From: Callorhinchus milii
Lineage: Eukaryota
Length of the DNA stretch: 64,000 bases
Direction: 5' to 3'
Assembly: GCF_018977255.1 (NCBI RefSeq)
Contig: NW_024704743.1
Coordinates: 81,222,001 to 81,286,000, forward strand
Shown here: positions 1 to 11,805 of the stretch, piece after piece
How the letters are laid out: each line of letters opens with the position of its first letter
Numbering within the stretch: the first letter of the stretch is position 1
Made by a program: the position numbers and the translations under genes
Notes under the pieces: generated by a model
Seen by the model: only the letters and a program-made list of their open reading frames with translations
Told to the model about the DNA's origin: nothing
Database searches by the model: none

Positions 1-77
1 AGCTGTAAAGCACATTGAGAAGTTTTGCCGTGATGAGGTGCTGTAAAAATGCAATTTTTTTTCTCTTTCAATCCTAG

Positions 78-206
78 GTTCGTCAGTTTATCGTCTCTGT
101 GAATGGCCTGAATGTTCTTCACGTGGATTATAGAACTGTCAGCAATCTCATTCTGACTGGTCCACGTACCATAGTGATGGAGGTTATGGAGGAAATGAAC
201 TTCTGA
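78..206 (+). CDS. DEPTOR: Last coding exon of DEP domain-containing mTOR-interacting protein (C-terminal PDZ region)
   Basis: Polypyrimidine tract and ctag| acceptor at 77/78. Translates VRQFIVSVNGLNVLHVDYRTVSNLILTGPRTIVMEVMEEMNF*, nearly identical to the recalled vertebrate DEPTOR C-terminus. Lies upstream of COL14A1 as in human. Confidence 0.96.
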   Translation, partial: VRQFIVSVNGLNVLHVDYRTVSNLILTGPRTIVMEVMEEMNF

Positions 207-340
207 GCCGGATTGGTCATCTGGAAACATGAAAAGATCTGAGCAGAGGCATCAGAGGAGCAGGGTGAAAATGTGCACAAGCTTACAGACACCACAATAA
301 GGGAATCTCAGACAGAGTTCTTAGCTTCAGGAATGGAGCT

Positions 341-1178
341 CCACCCAGTTTCACACTAATCTTTGGTTTGGCTATAAATATCTGAATGTCTCTCTTTAAT
401 ATTTTCAACACTGCATCAAGAATTTATCTTTATCTGGGCTGCCAGGCAATAGGCCTTGTGTTTTAGTAACGCATAAGGGATTTCCATTATTTAAAACCAC
501 TCCACTGTCCCTCCAGAACATTTTTACCTTTTCTCCTTTCTTCCCCAATCCTGCCCTAATCTCCCCATAAAGGAATACAAAGTATAAGTTGGACAAGTTC
601 AACTTTAGATACAAATGTTTCCTGATCTTATACTTGGTGGATTTGTGATTGCACTTTACCAACCAAAAAATGAAATTATTCTATTCCTTCAAAAAAACTC
701 AGTCATTTTGTATAAAATGTGCCTGTAAGGAGACTGACCTTTAAGAAGGGGGAATGTCAGAAGAAGCAAAACTGATTTATTGAGAGGAGTACATAGAAAA
801 GGATTATGTTCCCCAAAATTACAGGGGATTTCTAGTACAAAACAAATAGTACATGTTGCAAACATGAAAAATCCTGGGCACTGTTTTTTGCAGAAGGCAA
901 ACTGAATCAGCACTGCACTGAAAGATAACCCAGGGAACAGATCTGCAGTTCCTCCTACATCTGCAGCTTTGCTGCATCGCTCATCATAATAAATGTGATC
1001 GCCCTTTCAACATCTTGAGAAATAATTAGGGTGAGGCTGTCCACCCAGTTTCACACTAACCTTTGATTTGGTTATAAATATCTCTTTTTAATATTTTCAA
1101 CACTGAATCAAGGATCTGCTTTATCTGGGCTACCAGGCAATAGGCCTTGTGTTTTAGTAACGCATAAGGGATTTCCAT
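341..1178 (+). repeat. Local direct duplication (~140 bp) at 341-487 and 1041-1178
   Basis: Both copies run ccacccagtttcacactaa...ccaggcaataggccttgtgttttagtaacgcataagggatttccat with few substitutions or indels. Confidence 0.92.
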
Positions 1179-3464
1179 AAGCGTTCTACAAGCGTTTTTT
1201 GTCAAACATTTCAGGTACCTTTCTCCAGAAATTATCTGAACCAGAAGATGAATAATAGAAAATGTTAACACACATTGTTGAATGTAGATCATGAAAATCC
1301 TCTGAGATGTTAGAGGGCAACATCTGTCTGTTTCATTCCACTCAGATTGAAGGGATTTGAGTGAATCCAAAGAAAATGGATTGTCTATCTTAAATAAATG
1401 GAGGAGGAAGAAAATCCTGCCTTGGCTTTTCCCTCTGAGGTTTTTCATTCACAGAACATTGAGACTGGAAGGGAGTGGGTTGTATAGGGTTTGCATGGGA
1501 AAGTACAGTGACTATAAACCCTAGGTGACCTGAAATCGGAGCTGTGGCTTCTTGTAGCCCACATTTTCTAGTGAGTCTATTGTCAAACGAACTCACCTGC
1601 ATGGAGGTGAGGTATCACTCCTCTATTGGATCTATGCAGAATTTGAAGACTTATTTCTAGAGTAGAATTGTTGTTTAAAGTAAACTTCTGATAATTCAAC
1701 CCTGGCTTAACTTATCACTACCACTTAAGTCATGCTGTCAATATCCTGGCCGCAGTTGTTTATGTATTTTACATATGCGTAACTCGCCATTCTGGATAAC
1801 TCGTCACTGAGTCCTTTCTCCTTGGAATGATGAGTTATCGGGAGTTTACTGTATATTGAAAATGAGCGTCAGGACTAGTGCAGGTTCCCAAATTTTTCAA
1901 CGGTATCAAAGTTTTGTGGCTTGTTTTGGATTGTTTATCTTTTTGAAGTAGAACCATTCTTTCTGTGCTAGATTTCATCATCATGGAGAGGAAAATAAAC
2001 ATTTTAGGGATAACCATGGCTCTCATTGTAATTTGAAATTAGCTTCTGGTACAGACTTGTTTCAAACTCTTTCAAATATATTTAGGCTTTTGCAGATAAT
2101 GACTTTTTTTTTATAGAAACAAGCAATAATGAGGAAATATGGGATTCTGAATGTCCCTCCTTGGTGCCTCAATTAAAAAATGCACTGACAACTTTTTAAC
2201 AGAAACTGTTATGGTACTGCAAGCTTATTTTACATACATAGTAGATGGTGCTAAGTAGATAAATAAATAGTGGGATCAGGAGTAACTCTCTTGTTGGGCA
2301 TTGTAGAGAAGACATGGGGGCAAGAAAGTGATTGGTTCATGTTCTTATGGCTAGTATATTTATCAAACTGAAACTATGATTTTACAGTGGGTACGTTTAG
2401 TGATGGCAACTGAGAATCCAACGTGTCTAACAGATAATCTTATTCTTTACTCAGCCCTTATCCCCCCACCCCCTTGCCCTGTCCCGTCCCAGTCCATACA
2501 CTAGCGGCACTAATAAATAAAGCTTCCACTCAGAGAGCCAGTTGCCACCAATTCCTTATTTTTAGAACAAAGGTGAACCAGGATGGTATCTCCCCAGAAT
2601 GGTGTAACCAAGTATTTTATTGAAGAGTGTGAAATGTAACCCTATCCAACGTAAAGGACTTCAACTTACACAAAGCATTAGGGATATGTGACACACACTA
2701 CTGTTGGTGAGACGATCTTGTCTTGTGGGCATGCAGTTTGTCCTGAACCACTTTATCATTCAGCATACTTTTACACTGGGGAACAACCCATGCTGCTATG
2801 ACTTCACATGTGAATTTGTTTGTGTATGAGAAATATTATTCCCCTACGCATTGGAACACGTCAGTCATGGAACAGGATATGGTTCCTTTGTTTATGTGCA
2901 AAATTACAAGGGTTATTTTCATTAAAGGGCATCAGCAGTGCTGAGCTGAGGGATGAGGGTAATTTCTCAAAAGAAAGTTAAGATTCAGATATGCAAACTA
3001 AGTAAAAAAAACTTGCCATACAAACATATAAATATTGGCTTATGCCGCATCTAGGATAAGAATTGTTAACAATTAGGATAAAAAAATCAATGTGCAAAGG
3101 AGATGTAAAAGAAGCTACACCAGTGTTGCCTTTATTGTGTTTCAAACTGGATTATGTGGCTTATGGTGAAATGCTCTTTCAGGAATAAATGGGGCAGCAG
3201 TGCCCTGTAAAGGAGTCCATAATCTAAAAGTGCTCGCTTTTCACCAGGGAGTTTAGCAGATGTTTAGGTGGAATTAATCTAATTGAACATGATGCAAGGT
3301 GGTTTTCTTTATTGGGGCTACGGGGGTGGGGGGGAAAGAAGGAAGAGAGAAGAAATTATGCCCTACGAGGAAACGATGGGAGAGGTGTGGATTGCTGAAA
3401 CCGGTCATGTGTTTTTTCATACAGTGCAAACTGACATAAAAGAATGAAGTGCCACACATCTTGC

Positions 3465-3790
3465 TAGCCTTCTCACCTCGAGGTTAGAACTTTGTGGGCT
3501 CAGATCCCATGTCAGGACTTGAAGCTGACACAAGTGCAGTACTCGGTGGGAGCACTGCATTGTCAGAGGTAGCAGCTTTCAGAGGAGACGTTAGGATGAG
3601 TTTTCACCTGCCTGTGCACGTGAGCATTTATCAACCCATGACACCATCTAAAAAGAGAAGGAGTCCTGGCCAACAATCCACCATAGTAATTAGCCGTTCA
3701 ACTCATCACTGTTTGTGGGACCTGTACAAATGGCAACCGCATTTGCATACAAAATAAATCACGACACCAGCATTTTGATAAATACTTTGA
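3465..3790 (+). mobile_element. Old degraded tRNA-derived SINE with Deu-like domain
   Basis: gcactgcattgtcagaggt...gtcctggccaac...ctgtttgtgggac motifs shared with the copies at 6240, 15490, 31355 and 53270. Confidence 0.7.
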
Positions 3791-5848
3791 CTTAATGAAA
3801 ATAAAAAAATGCAAATTTTCTTCAAACAAGAAACCCTTGTCCTGAATATAATCATGGAGGTCGGTTCCCTTTCATCATTTCTCCAACCACTTCAGACAGA
3901 ATAGTTTCCAGTAGCAGCAGTTTAGTGCTGTAATGCAGAATCAGTGGTGACCTGGTGTCGCCTGCCATTGCACTGGTAGGACACTTTTAAATATCACTTA
4001 GAGTTTATTCAGTTATTGAACTAACTTTGCAGCGCTGCTGAAGGTGAAGATTTCTATATTGCTGACATTTTCCCTATAATTAAAGAGTCAGTCATACACT
4101 GCTCCTATTACCCAGGAAACACAAAGAGATGCAATTTTTGTCTCATTCAGTGACAAAAGGACTATCGTTATAGTGATGGCTGTTTGCAACACCCAGCTTT
4201 AATTATTTCTCTCTGACTGGTACAAAGTTAGAAAATTCAGCAAAATACATTGGAGCGCAAGTGTGCATTTCAAAGCAATAGCTTGGTGCCCGGCCTTTAC
4301 ACTTATTATATTCAACCTCACAGTGTTTTAATTACTCACCTCTCAATATTTTTCAAATTGGTTGTTTCAAACACCATCTCATGGAAATGTATAATCTAAC
4401 TGAAGCGATACCACATATTTTAAACTCAGTACAATATTACTGCAATGTACAACTACTCTGTCCTCCCCGGCCCCCTTTCCCCGCTGCTAAACACACATAA
4501 TAAAATTTGACTCAAATTTGGGTGTAAATAGAATATAACAAGTAGCTAAGGACTAAATGACAATTTTACTTGCATGCACATTCTATAATTATGCTTCTGT
4601 ACAAGTATACATTCAGCGGAGAGTTGACCTCTCTAAGCATTGCACTTTCTTGGCTTTGAATGTGGTAGGGAAATGGTTAATCTACACCTGTGTGCACTTG
4701 TGACACGGTGGAAGGTACAAAAGTTTGTTTTTCTCCATGTAATTAGTTGACCTGACCTATAGACTGTTCTTGGGGCTGTTTTATTTCATATGAGATGGAG
4801 TAATAAACAGACCTTGAAGTCAAGCAGTACAGCCTTGCTCGAAAGTCATAAAAAACAAAGACCTACAGTAAAAATGACGTGAGTTGGAAGTGTACAGTTT
4901 GTTAACTTGTAAAGAATGATTGCATCCCACAGCTGTTTTTCAGTGTAAGCAAAACCTTAATATCCAGCCACATAATGCAAACAATAGCTCTGGATATATA
5001 CAATGGTATCTAAATCAATGCATGATAAAATTATTAAATGTAATGCTTTGCTGGGTATTGGGTTATGGCATTACTTTGTAAATAATAAATAAATTGGATT
5101 ACCAATTACTGTTTGCTTTATAATGAGGAGTCATGCAATGTTTGATGACTTTATTGGAATTATGACAAACTAAGTCATATCTCTTGACATTTCGAGCATG
5201 ATCCAAGATTAGGTAACTAACTGAACTAGTTACGAGAATGTTGACTAAACTATTGCGTTAACCTTTTTTGGTGCCATTTGTAAGACAGGTACGTCCATCA
5301 GTCTCGTGCAATGGGAGCCATCTGCAAGTAGGGAGGCTACATGGACGAATGCGTATCATTCTTTTTCAGAAATTCTATTTTGTACATGGAAATATTTTAA
5401 AAAGAAAACAAATGCAGCATTTTTAGAAACTTCTATATAAAGTAGGATTTTTTTTAAATACCAGGGTATATAAAGGATTTTCAATTTGCTGTATAAATGC
5501 TCCAATTGTTTGATCAACATGTGTTTGTCTGGTACTATCTGTATACCTGTTTGATTGAGAGGCTCACTGATAATCTATCGGCAATCGGTCTGACTTGGGT
5601 CATTTCGAAACAAGTTCAAGGTCTTTATTTTATAGTAGTTATAACTCTGTAGTAAGAAGATGGATTATTGTTAAACAGTGATGGGCATTTCAGAACCACA
5701 AGAATTGGCCAAAAAAAATTTATAAATCAGATATTTTTTATTACACCGCATTGAAGGATGTTGTACTGTATCATTTACCACTGTCACCAGTGGAGCTAAG
5801 AATATTTACTGCTTATCTCTCCAACTCCAAATGTTTCCCCACATGTAC

Positions 5849-5854
5849 AATAAA
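5849..5854 (+). terminator. Candidate distal polyadenylation signal (AATAAA)
   Basis: AATAAA with TGTA just upstream and tgttgctatttcttgttgtt downstream, just before repeats resume. Confidence 0.5.
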
Positions 5855-6239
5855 TTCAAGTGAACTTTCAATGTTGCTATTTCTTGTTGTTACAAATTTA
5901 TTCAGGATTGTCGAGAAAAATGCCCATAAAGGTTTTACCTGAATTCAGACTGTTGGTGATGGTTGCTTTTTTTAAAATAAAAGATCAGAATTTATATACA
6001 AAGTTATTTTTGTAAATCGGTAAAGTGGCATTTTATTGGCTAATGGTATTAATAGTGCAAAGAAGTGTAACGTGACAGATTGCTGTAGCTCAGAATGTGA
6101 AATAAATCTTGGTTTAATTTGTTCTTTTAAAACAAAATGTTTTTCTTGTGTCTTCATCATATCTTCATCGTATGTAAAGTACTCCACTGGCTTAATTTAA
6201 AATTTTACCTTCTGAAATGTGCCTTGTAGCCATTTTTTG

Positions 6240-6495
6240 AGGGGCAGCATAGCTCAGTTGGCAGCACTATCACTACAAGGTTGTTGGTTCAAGCTCCACT
6301 TCAGGCCTTTGAATTCAAAGTGTAGACTGACACTCTAAATGCTGTATTGGGCCAGCACTGCTTTTGTTGGAGGTGCTGTCCTTTGGATGAGATATTAAAA
6401 CTGAGAACCCATCTGCCTGTTAAGGTGGATGTTAAAGGTCCCAAGGCACTGCTTGAAATGAATAGGGAGATTCTCCTGGTGTTCTGGCCTCAAAT
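6240..6495 (+). mobile_element. Old DeuSINE-like element (tRNA head plus Deu-like domain)
   Basis: A box tagctcagttgg, B box ggttcaagc, then ggaggtgctgtcctttggatgagatattaaaactgag...ggatgttaaaggtcccaaggcact. Confidence 0.8.
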
Positions 6496-7899
6496 AATTT
6501 TTTTTGCATGAAAATGATACAGCTGTAAACTGGAGAACATTCATTGACGCTTCCCTGAACTCCACCTTTTGTCCTTGCCAACCTAAAAATGTTGTCAGCT
6601 TTATTTGCACCAATGTAATTTTAAAGAATATACCTTTTTAAATTGGTTCTCAATAGACAATGCAAACTGTTACCACCAGTCTGTAGCACTTTCCTGAATT
6701 AATTCCCTGTCATGAATGCATGGCTGCTGGACGGAATCTCAATTCCTGCACGTGGAGAGTGCAAGGTGGTTGCTGGCTGGAAGTAGCAATGTGATTTATG
6801 AAGGGGAAGTGTGCTAGTTTACCTGATTGATTTATATGCGCGCAGCCTCTGTATATAAGTGCAGGTAAAGCTGCTGGGATTTGACATCATTCAATGCCAC
6901 AATCAGAAGGGAAAATAGGTGACTTTGAGGAGTTTATTCTGCAAATTCAGCATTAACAGCCCACATTCACAAGTACTGTACCAGTTTTGAAAAGGTATTT
7001 ACATATCCTGGTAGAAAATAAAGCTAGTGGGGAATACAATGCAATTATAACAACTTGCATTTATATAGAGTCCCTCACAGGGTAGTGTCCTAGAGCGCTT
7101 GACAGTGGTGGAGCATGAGACCGAGCCTGGGACTTGTCTATCGGATCAATTTAGATGCTACATAGCCCAGGTGAGAGATGTTCAAGCATTTACAAGAATT
7201 GTCTTGAGCTTTGTCATAATATTCTTTCTTGAAGTCATTCCAGGAATAATTAGAGTTACATTGAATAATACAGCACAGAAACAAGCCATTCAGCTCAACC
7301 AGTCCATGCTAGCGTTTAAACTCCACACAAGCCGCCACCCCTACTATTGCCCTCATCGATATCCCTCTGTTCCCTAAACCCACCTATTTATAATTCTATA
7401 TCTCCTATAATTTTCATATCTGTTTACTATTCTTTAGCGTTCACGTCATGACCCAACTGTGCAGCGCCTTGGGACGTCCTCCTGACGTGAAAGGTGCTTT
7501 ATAAATGGAATCTTGTTGTTGTTATAGAATCTGTATGCTCAAAAGTCCAACTAGTAAGCCGTAAAACCATTTTGTCTTAAAAAAGGAAGATTGTACAGAA
7601 TTGTGTAGAATTCTTACATTTGGAAGCTAGCTCTTTTTAAGAACGCAGAAAAGTGGCAAAATATTTAAACCGTAAGACCCACTGGCTAAAACTGGGTGAA
7701 CATTATAGCTTATAGACTATTTTCAGAACAGAAAGAAACCATTCAGCTCATCGTGGTGCCTGTTCTGATGCTATTTCCTTCAATATTGCTCAGATCCCTT
7801 TCCCTGTTTTTCTCCTGTATCATTTAACATTATTTCCTCAAGCATTTGTTCAATTTTCATTTCAATGCTGTTAATGGCATTGGAAAGAGTAAACTGTGG

Positions 7900-7992
7900 A
7901 AAATTCCTAAATTCACTCTTAAATTTGGAAGCCAAATTTCTCAAGAATTGTGGGGAAGCAGCTTCCAAATTAAGACTGAATTTAGGAATTTT
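7900..7992. repeat. Inverted repeat (~33 bp arms, 28 bp spacer)
   Basis: aaaattcctaaattcactcttaaatttggaagc / gcttccaaattaagactgaatttaggaatttt. Confidence 0.85.
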
Positions 7993-9034
7993 TTGAGATA
8001 ATTCGCAATATCAAATTGCAAGAGAAAATGGCCTGTTCCACTAAGACTGGGTGTAATTTCAGGCCATGTTATTCTGAGTTTTTTTTGTGTTGAGCAGCTG
8101 TTACAGATGCTGAGTGTCCAGATCCCAGTTGTCTGATTGTATGATTTGTGATGGTGTTGTTTGAAGTTACTCAGCAGAAACATCTATGACCAACATACAC
8201 ATATTTTTCAATTTGTTTTTCTTCTCCTGAATTGAACATGTCAGTGTTGCACCAGCACTACACTGGAATGCCAGCCGAGGATCTGAGTTCAAAGCCCTGA
8301 CATGGTACTTGAATCTACAACGTTCTGAGTCATAGGGGAGAATGCTACCAATTGAGCCAGGCAGACACCTAATGTTTTGACATTATAAATGTTATAAAAA
8401 TGCTCATTCAACAACAACTTTCATTTACATAAACATATTTGACATAGGATAAATGTCTCAAAGCGCTTTTACAAAACAGCCCAGAAGATTTAGCCCAGAG
8501 CAGGAGGAGAGGAAGGCGAATTTAAGGGTGTTGACCAAACTACTGTCAAATGGTTTGAGTTTTTAGGTGGGTTTTAAAGTACTATATGAATGTAAACTTT
8601 TTTGTCCTCCAGTATAACACATGCATTTATTCGCTTTATACTTTTCTTGCAAATTCATGAGTTGGAGCAGAATAGCTGCAGCTGTTCAAACATAAATCAT
8701 GGGGACAGAGTAACTTCAATTTGATCCAAATTCCCACGATTTAACTCCAATCTGGGTTGGGCCAGTTAAGGGGTGGGACCACATTAAATCATCGGATCAG
8801 CTGGATCAGATGGCTTGCATCTGGACTCTCAGAGTCAGTGTTGGCTGTTTTACACACAAAACATCCCCAAATTATTCATTTTATCAAAGCTACTAATTTT
8901 AAAAGTGGCTGAAATAAATGCAGTTTATATCACTTGAAGTGTGTTGAGTTAAAGTACTATGTTGAATATACATTGTACGTATTGTAACTTGCACAAAGAA
9001 ATGAATACATCTTTACGAAACATCTTTGATCATA

Positions 9035-9520
9035 ATTTGGTCACTCAATCCATGACTGTTTGTGGGACACTGCTGTGCGCAATTGGCTGTTTTGACCACA
9101 AAATATACAGTCAATTCACTTCACAGTATATTCTGTGAAGCGCTTTGAGACATCTAGTGGATTCCTGTAGCTCAGTGGTTAGAGCACTCGCTTTGCAAGT
9201 GAGAGACCTGAGTTCAATTCCAGGCAGGGCGAAACCTTGGGCAAGTTTCCTTACTCCACACACCTAATAATAATCCCTCCAAAAACCCAAACCAATAATA
9301 AATTGGTCATTTTCAATCTACGACTGTTTGTGGGACATTGCTGTGCGCAATTGGCTGCCGCATTCGCACACAAATATACAGTCAATTCACTTTACAGTGT
9401 GTTCTGTGAAGCACTTTGGGACGTCCTCCCGACGTGAAAAGCGCAATATCAAATGCAAGGATTATTATTATTATCTCAAAGGCATAAGGTGCTATATCAA
9501 ATGCAAGAATTATTATTATT
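9035..9520 (+). mobile_element. Nested SINEs: young tRNA-derived SINE (9157-9474) inside the 3' tail of an older copy
   Basis: The older body ends ...gcgctttgagacatct. A full young SINE follows, then the rest of the old tail (ataaggtgctatatcaaatgcaagaattattatt). Confidence 0.88.
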
Positions 9521-10749
9521 GATGGAGACATTATCCACCTTGGTCTAGAATTACTGTATTAATGTAATATTTTAGAGCATTTGCCAACAATTTGTTCAGG
9601 AAACATGAAGGACATAGATGATAGCAGAACGTGAAGATACTATACTGCTTTTTCTTAAAGAAATTATATATAAGAGAACTGCTGCTACTCCAAGCTCTGG
9701 TTACATTTATACTTAAAAGATTATGGAATTGAGTCTGTCTCCCTCCTTCATGTCTCCATCTGTCTCAGTCTCGGGTGTTTCCTATTAGTGGGAAATTACT
9801 GTAAAATTAGTGGGAATGTGTCAGGAGAACAGAGCTTTAACCCTCACACTTTGACTCATCTGAATCCCTTGATAATGTTGCACACCCTCCCACTCATCTC
9901 TCGTTCTATATAGCTTCAGCACAACATTCGATCCAGGTGTGAGAGATCCCACTGTCTGTTTTGTTTTTCGACTCTTTGCAAATGGTTGGCGAGCCTCTTA
10001 TGGAAGAAAATCTCTGCGTATTAATTTTGTGGTGATTCGCAGCCCTGGTCTATACTGTGGGAGGTCTCAATCAAAATAAAGCATGCAACTGTATGTTGGA
10101 GAGCTGGAAGGAAAAAATGCACCTGACAGCAGGGATCACAGTCAGCAGCTACAGGCACTGCTTGTAATGGAAAGGCTGAGCAATCTCTTGGGAGGTAGAT
10201 TCTGTGAAGTCTGTGATGGTGTGTGCATTAATTATATGTTCCTTGGATTTGCATGGATTGGAGAGAAGGTAGCTGTTTGCTTTCTGTGCAGAGTGGTGTA
10301 AGGTGAAACCTACTTTCTTTCTACTGTATTGGTCATGTAAACCCAGACAGCCAACGCTGTATCTTTCTGTTCACAGCATGTAGTGGAGCTATTGATCAAT
10401 ATAAAGGTGCGACTGGCAGGAAGAACTGTTTCTCGACACAACTAGTTATTCATAACAGCAGGGCCCTGGCAGGCTGGTGGGTGCATGCTGGAGCCTCATT
10501 CAGGTGGATACAAGGCAGTGAAAAAGCAATACATGATCACACTACATGAATATAAGCTCAAGGGCACTGAGATTACACAAGTTTCAGCACACTAAGCACA
10601 TTTGTAACACACTTAGTCTTTAAATACCTTACAGAAATTACACCAGAGTGTGTATTGAAGTAATGTTGGAATCTAACCAGCTAAAACCACAAAGCTTGCC
10701 ATTGATATCACTGTCTAGCAGTTTTTCCAGTAAATGTCCAACATAAGAA

Positions 10750-11750
10750 CACCCTACCCGTTGGGCTTTGGCTTGCAGGGTTAGCAGGAAATGAGCGGGA
10801 AGAGTCGCTGCCCCCAGTGAGTGGTCTGCCCTTCCATGTCCTGCCCGTGAGCCAGGCTGGCTGTGCTGTCATCAGCAATGCCCTGGCGTACTGCGGATCC
10901 GCCTGGCTCAGGAACTGGACCTCTGAGATCACCACAGAGGGTGGGCTCGATTCTGACATTCAGTTGCCAAACATGTCTCCTTGGAACCAGTTCAGCCCCA
11001 ACGAGATCCCACTTACCTTCCCCCCGCCCGCCCCTCCCGGAAACTAGTCACTAGTTGGTCATTTGACATCCGACAAGCCCGGGTTTGAGGCTCTCACTAG
11101 GTGGATGGCAGGTACCAGGAACTCCCTGCGAGTTTCCTGTTGGGCAACACAGCTCAGTATGAAATGTATGCGAACATTACCACCATCTCCCTGTCCTCAG
11201 CTCGGACACACATCCCTTCCCATTAAGCGACGGTACCACCAGTTGGAGGTGCAGAGCTTGAGCAGTAGCTGCTTACCTCTCTGCAAAGCAATTGAGTCCT
11301 GTAGCTCAGTGGTTAGAGCACTCGCTTTGCAAGTGAGAGACCCGAGTTCAATTCCAGGCAGGGCGAAACCTCGGGCAAGTTTCCTTACTCCACACGCCTA
11401 ATAATAATCCCTCCAAAACCAAAAAAAAATAATAAAAAAAATTGGTCATTGTCAATCTATGACTGTTGTGGGACATTACTGTGCGCAATTGGCTGCCGCG
11501 TTCACCCACGAATATACAGTCAATTCACTTTACGGTGTATTCTGTGAAGCGCTTTGGGATGTCCTCCCGACGTGAAAAGCGCTATATCAAAATGCAAGGA
11601 TTATTAATTAAGGTGGATTCCAGCTGCAGGATGTACAAACGTGTGTTCATGAACTCAGACTCCAGGTAATGCCTTCCAGTAGCTGTTGCCTCAAGCCTCA
11701 GAGATTCCTCATCAGCTAACTGGTGCCTTCAACACGGTGGGAGGACCTTT
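10750..11750. repeat. Unclassified GC-rich dispersed element interrupted by a SINE
   Basis: 10870-10960 matches 23040-23125 (gccctggcgtactgcggatccgcctggctcaggaac...acagagggtgg). GC content is above the flanks. Confidence 0.55.
11294..11606 (+). mobile_element. Young tRNA(Ala)-like SINE, near full length
   Basis: Head gtagctcagtggttagagcactcgctttgcaagtgagagacccgagttcaattcc, Deu-like body, L2-type tail. Confidence 0.93.
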
Positions 11751-11755
11751 ACAGG

Positions 11756-11805
11756 ACAACAACAACAACATTACATTTGTATAGCGCCTTTTACGCCGGG
11801 AGAAC
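11756..11805 (-). mobile_element. L2 LINE 3' tail fused to a CR1 body
   Basis: acaacaacaacaacattacatttgtatagcgccttttacgccgggagaacatccc is the reverse complement of the L2 tail. Confidence 0.8.

Larger units (their letters stand above)
207..5875 (+). other. DEPTOR: Putative long 3'UTR of DEPTOR
   Basis: AT-rich and almost free of young repeats up to ~6.2 kb. TGTAAATA motifs at 4523 and 5077. TGTACAATAAA followed by a GT/T-rich tract at ~5872-5890. Earlier AATAAA sites exist (e.g. 988), so the true end is inferred. Confidence 0.5.
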
